A DNA stretch of 64,000 nt, from the NCBI GenBank assembly GCA_043732305.1, contig JAYTHU010000170.1, forward strand, positions 1-64,000, written 5' to 3'. Below the pieces are notes generated by a model. That model worked only from the letters and a program-made list of their open reading frames with translations. It was not told the DNA's origin and searched no databases. Both the position numbers and the translations under genes were made by a program. This document shows positions 61,338 through 64,000 of this stretch, one piece after another. This DNA is from Oligoflexia bacterium. Lineage in GTDB: Bacteria > Bdellovibrionota > Bdellovibrionia > JABDDW01. How positions within the stretch are numbered: position 1 is the first letter of the stretch; the number at the start of each line of letters is the position of its first letter.

Positions 61338-62222
61338 TTAAATCGCAGTTCTCTTGTCTGTCTTCTTCCTAGTTCTAAACTGCATCCACAAATCGATGAA
61401 GCCTAGAGAAGCGACAGCCCAAAACTGCGTGAAGATTAATATATAACTTATCATTCGCCAAATAGGGCCAACTCTCTTCGTGTTAAAAAAGTTGACCACT
61501 ACGGCCAAGCCCTGGAAGAAATAAAGCATGATCACAACGTTAAAAACGTTAGTGCATGTCCATTTAAGCCAAAGCGGTTCGAAATCTAGAAAATTTCCAG
61601 CTGCTGATGCGAGGGCAATCCACACAAAAGCATCAGGAAGTTTCCATTCCAAAAGTTCTTGGCTCGAAAAATGATGAGAAAGTTTCTCTGGAGCCCATCC
61701 CAATATTTTCTCCACTCGAGGAGCGAGAATAGAATTGAGCCAAACAGAGAAAATAGTCATCATCACAATGGCTGAAGGCACCTGCTTTAAAACACTGTCT
61801 TGGTCTTGAGTGACCTCTGGAGTCACTTTGAGCTGAGTCAGGGTTTGAGCGATTTGTTCTTTGAAAAAAACAATCGGTTGAAAACCCAAATAATGAACTG
61901 CAAAGCTTCCGAGTAAAAAGCCAACTCCGGCAAGAACAATCACTGTTACAAAAATAGAAGCCGTATAACCAATGTTCGAATTTTCACACTCGGTAAGCAC
62001 AACGGTTAAAATAGCCGCTGCACCAAAAGACATCGCAACCACTAACGGCGCCAAAAAATAAAGGGCTACCGTGCCTGCTAACGCCGCCGCTAATAAAGCG
62101 AGGCGACCTTCTTTTCTTCTGAGTACCAGAAGAGGAAGGGGCGCTAGAAAAACTGTCGTCACTGAAAACGCAACGGCGGTCAATCCAGAAAGCAAAGTGT
62201 GGAGGAGTCTTCGAGTCTGCAT
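61338..62222 (-). CDS. DUF2232/YybS family membrane protein
   Basis: Multi-TM; WKLP, YFFQGLAV, GFIDLW; position upstream of rplI. Confidence 0.85.
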   Translation of the reverse strand: MQTRRLLHTLLSGLTAVAFSVTTVFLAPLPLLVLRRKEGRLALLAAALAGTVALYFLAPLVVAMSFGAAAILTVVLTECENSNIGYTASIFVTVIVLAGVGFLLGSFAVHYLGFQPIVFFKEQIAQTLTQLKVTPEVTQDQDSVLKQVPSAIVMMTIFSVWLNSILAPRVEKILGWAPEKLSHHFSSQELLEWKLPDAFVWIALASAAGNFLDFEPLWLKWTCTNVFNVVIMLYFFQGLAVVVNFFNTKRVGPIWRMISYILIFTQFWAVASLGFIDLWMQFRTRKKTDKRTAI

Positions 62223-62224
62223 TC

Positions 62225-62653
62225 TTATTCTTCGGATTCGGGAACTTCTTCTTCAACTTGTTGCTGACGACGTGCTTTTTCTTCTTCTGCACGTTCTTTT
62301 TCGCGCTTAGCACGAGCTTCCAATTTTCCTTTGTAAGCAGCAATTGCAGCCATAGGATCAACTTTGTCGTCGATCTTAACTGTCAAGAATCTGAAAATAT
62401 CTTCATTGATTCTCATGCTTCTTTCAAGCTCAGCAACCGCAGTGGTGTCAGCATTGAAAGTCATGCAGAAGTAATGACCTTTGAGTTCTTTTTGAATGGG
62501 ATATGTGAGTTTCTTTTTTCCCCAATCGTCCATATTGAGAAGTTTGCCTTTGGCAGCTTCAATGATGGATTTATTTTTGTTATGAAGCTCGACCATGCGA
62601 GGTTCAGTAGCATTGGGATTGGTGATAAAAATAGTCTCGTAGTTACGAGTCAT
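62225..62653 (-). CDS. rpsF: 30S ribosomal protein S6 (with charged C-terminal extension)
   Basis: RNYETIFI, DDWGKKKLTYPIQK, ELERSMRINEDIFRFL. Confidence 0.96.
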   Translation of the reverse strand: MTRNYETIFITNPNATEPRMVELHNKNKSIIEAAKGKLLNMDDWGKKKLTYPIQKELKGHYFCMTFNADTTAVAELERSMRINEDIFRFLTVKIDDKVDPMAAIAAYKGKLEARAKREKERAEEEKARRQQQVEEEVPESEE

Positions 62654-62677
62654 GCGAATTAGTCCTTTCGATCTGCA

Positions 62678-62728
62678 CCCTTTTCACGGGGGGCCCTTTG
62701 GGCTTATAAACTAGGCCAAAGAGCAAGG
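62678..62728 (-). promoter_or_regulatory. Candidate S6:S18 ribosomal protein leader RNA
   Basis: CCUU-[GCUCUUUGG...CCAAAGGGC stem]-CCCCCG-UGAA-AAGG upstream of rpsF. Confidence 0.55.
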
Positions 62729-62819
62729 TTATGTACTTATAGTTAGTTTACGGGTCTATCATGATGTGCCACCAGGAGCCAGACTTTTCAAATGACTTTA
62801 ATAGGATTAAACTATCACT

Positions 62820-63527
62820 ATGATTCTTAGACTCAAAATCACGCAAGGCTCCAGAAAAAAAGACGAATTCACCATCAAAAATGAGGTTTTCATCGGTCGA
62901 TCACGCTCAGACACGGACCTGACGATTGATGACCACAAAGCGTCCGCGAAACACGCCAGAATTCATTTGGCAGACAATCACACTTTTCAACTGGAAGATC
63001 TTGCTTCGTCAAATGGCACTTCGTTGAATGGGCATAAGATCAATGAGCAGAAGGAACTTAAACTCGGGGACACCTTCACAATTGGGCGGACTTCGTTTGA
63101 AGTCATTGAAATTTCAGGTGAATCTCTATTTGAGAAGGGCTCATGGCAAGCTACCGTCGACGCGAGCCTTTCCAGTGCGCAATCTCTTTATGATAAGCTC
63201 CCGCCAGCTCAATCAGATTTCGGGTTCTTCAAAGAACCCGTCTCTTTAGAAGTGACAAAGGGCGATGCAAAAGGTGGGAAATTCACTTTTACATTTGGAC
63301 CTCGACTGGTGGGCAAATACAGTGTGGATGCACCAGTCTTTGCAAAAGACTTTCCCGACGAAGCTTTTGAACTTCGCCCACTCAAAGGACAGTGCGAGCT
63401 TTTCACCAAAATAAAAGATGCCGTAAAAGTTAATTCCAACTCGGTGCATGCAGTGGTTTTAAAAGATGGCGATTTGATTTCTGTTGGACAGACCGAAATA
63501 CTTGTGAAATTCCTTAGTGACATATGA
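62820..63527 (+). CDS. FHA-domain protein (canonical N-terminal FHA, degenerate C-terminal FHA-like)
   Basis: IGRS...ASAKHA...DLASSNGT; second LKDGDLISVG motif. Confidence 0.88.
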   Translation: MILRLKITQGSRKKDEFTIKNEVFIGRSRSDTDLTIDDHKASAKHARIHLADNHTFQLEDLASSNGTSLNGHKINEQKELKLGDTFTIGRTSFEVIEISGESLFEKGSWQATVDASLSSAQSLYDKLPPAQSDFGFFKEPVSLEVTKGDAKGGKFTFTFGPRLVGKYSVDAPVFAKDFPDEAFELRPLKGQCELFTKIKDAVKVNSNSVHAVVLKDGDLISVGQTEILVKFLSDI

Positions 63528-64000
63528 ATATCATCAAAAAAACCACGGGCTACGCCCCAAGCTTTGACGGCACTCCGATCTTTTACGAAATAAGAGGCGA
63601 AGGAAAACCTCTCATTTTTTGTTATGGGATTGGTTGCTTGATGAATCATTGGCACAATCAGGTGAAGTTTTTTTCTAATCAGTATCAAGTCATATTGCTT
63701 AATTATCGTGGGCATCATCAAAGTCCCATTCCCGAACATCGAGACAATTTAAATTTGGACGCTTGCGTGATGGATATCAAAGCGGTCATCGATCATTTGG
63801 GAATTAAAAAAGCTTCCTTCGTTGGACACAGCTGGGGATCACAACTTCTGGTTCGCCTGTTCGATCTTCATCCAGAGTTTTTTGATAACTTCATTAGCAT
63901 CAATGGTTTTGTGAGTAATCCGCTGGTCGGAATGTTTGGCAGCAATTTGCCCGCCGCGGGTTTTGAGTTGTTGAAGCAAGCCTATCAACAAGTTCCGGAG
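63524..64000 (+). CDS. Alpha/beta hydrolase, truncated by the window end (absent from the ORF track)
   Basis: ATGA overlap with the FHA gene; SFDGTPIFYEIRGEGKPLIF, NYRGHH, nucleophile VGHSWG. Confidence 0.88.
   Translation, partial: MNIIKKTTGYAPSFDGTPIFYEIRGEGKPLIFCYGIGCLMNHWHNQVKFFSNQYQVILLNYRGHHQSPIPEHRDNLNLDACVMDIKAVIDHLGIKKASFVGHSWGSQLLVRLFDLHPEFFDNFISINGFVSNPLVGMFGSNLPAAGFELLKQAYQQVPE

Noticed and set aside
63209..63739. 176-aa minus-strand ORF
   Set aside because: Antisense to the FHA gene and the alpha/beta hydrolase, which carry clear motifs.
1..64000. CRISPR arrays, rRNA/tRNA genes, prophage or defence islands
   Set aside because: No regularly spaced repeats, RNA gene signatures or phage/defence proteins recognised by eye; intergenic gaps are short. 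A tRNAscan/Infernal run would be needed to exclude small RNAs fully.

Overview
A 64-kb, gene-dense, mostly housekeeping chromosomal segment. It is probably from a Bdellovibrionota-like (Oligoflexia/Bdellovibrionia-type) bacterium; this is inferred from gene content and lipoprotein style and was not verified. It opens with a minus-strand class D-type group II intron whose RT ORF runs off the window start. Conserved blocks follow: rng-rplU-rpmA-obgE-[nadD-rsfS fusion]-rlmH-gpmI-comF-lolA-yajQ-rimO; pilT; deoC-pdp-punA-cdd; asnS-pccB-biotin carboxylase-BCCP-methylmalonyl-CoA mutase; M16 peptidase/tatBC; hemW-grpE-dnaJ-lpoA-like; two convergent dksA paralogues; lon; ftsK-TPR-lptM-like-dapF-dapA-dapB-dapL-transaldolase; fis; rpsF-DUF2232-rplI-dnaB. 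Secreted hydrolases are interspersed (S8, HEXXH orphan, C1B peptidase with a sigma54 promoter, lytic transglycosylase, plus a patatin). I saw no tRNA, rRNA or CRISPR array. The most interesting observations are an unexplained ~80-180 nt rod-shaped structured element at 30.1-30.3 kb, a Lys-rich-tail/NadD/RsfS fusion, a Zn-finger plus one-Cys DksA pair, apparent leaderless and bidirectional promoters, an S6:S18-type leader on an operon lacking rpsR, and a doubly frameshifted secreted-protein gene. All calls were made by eye; no searches or folding programs were run.
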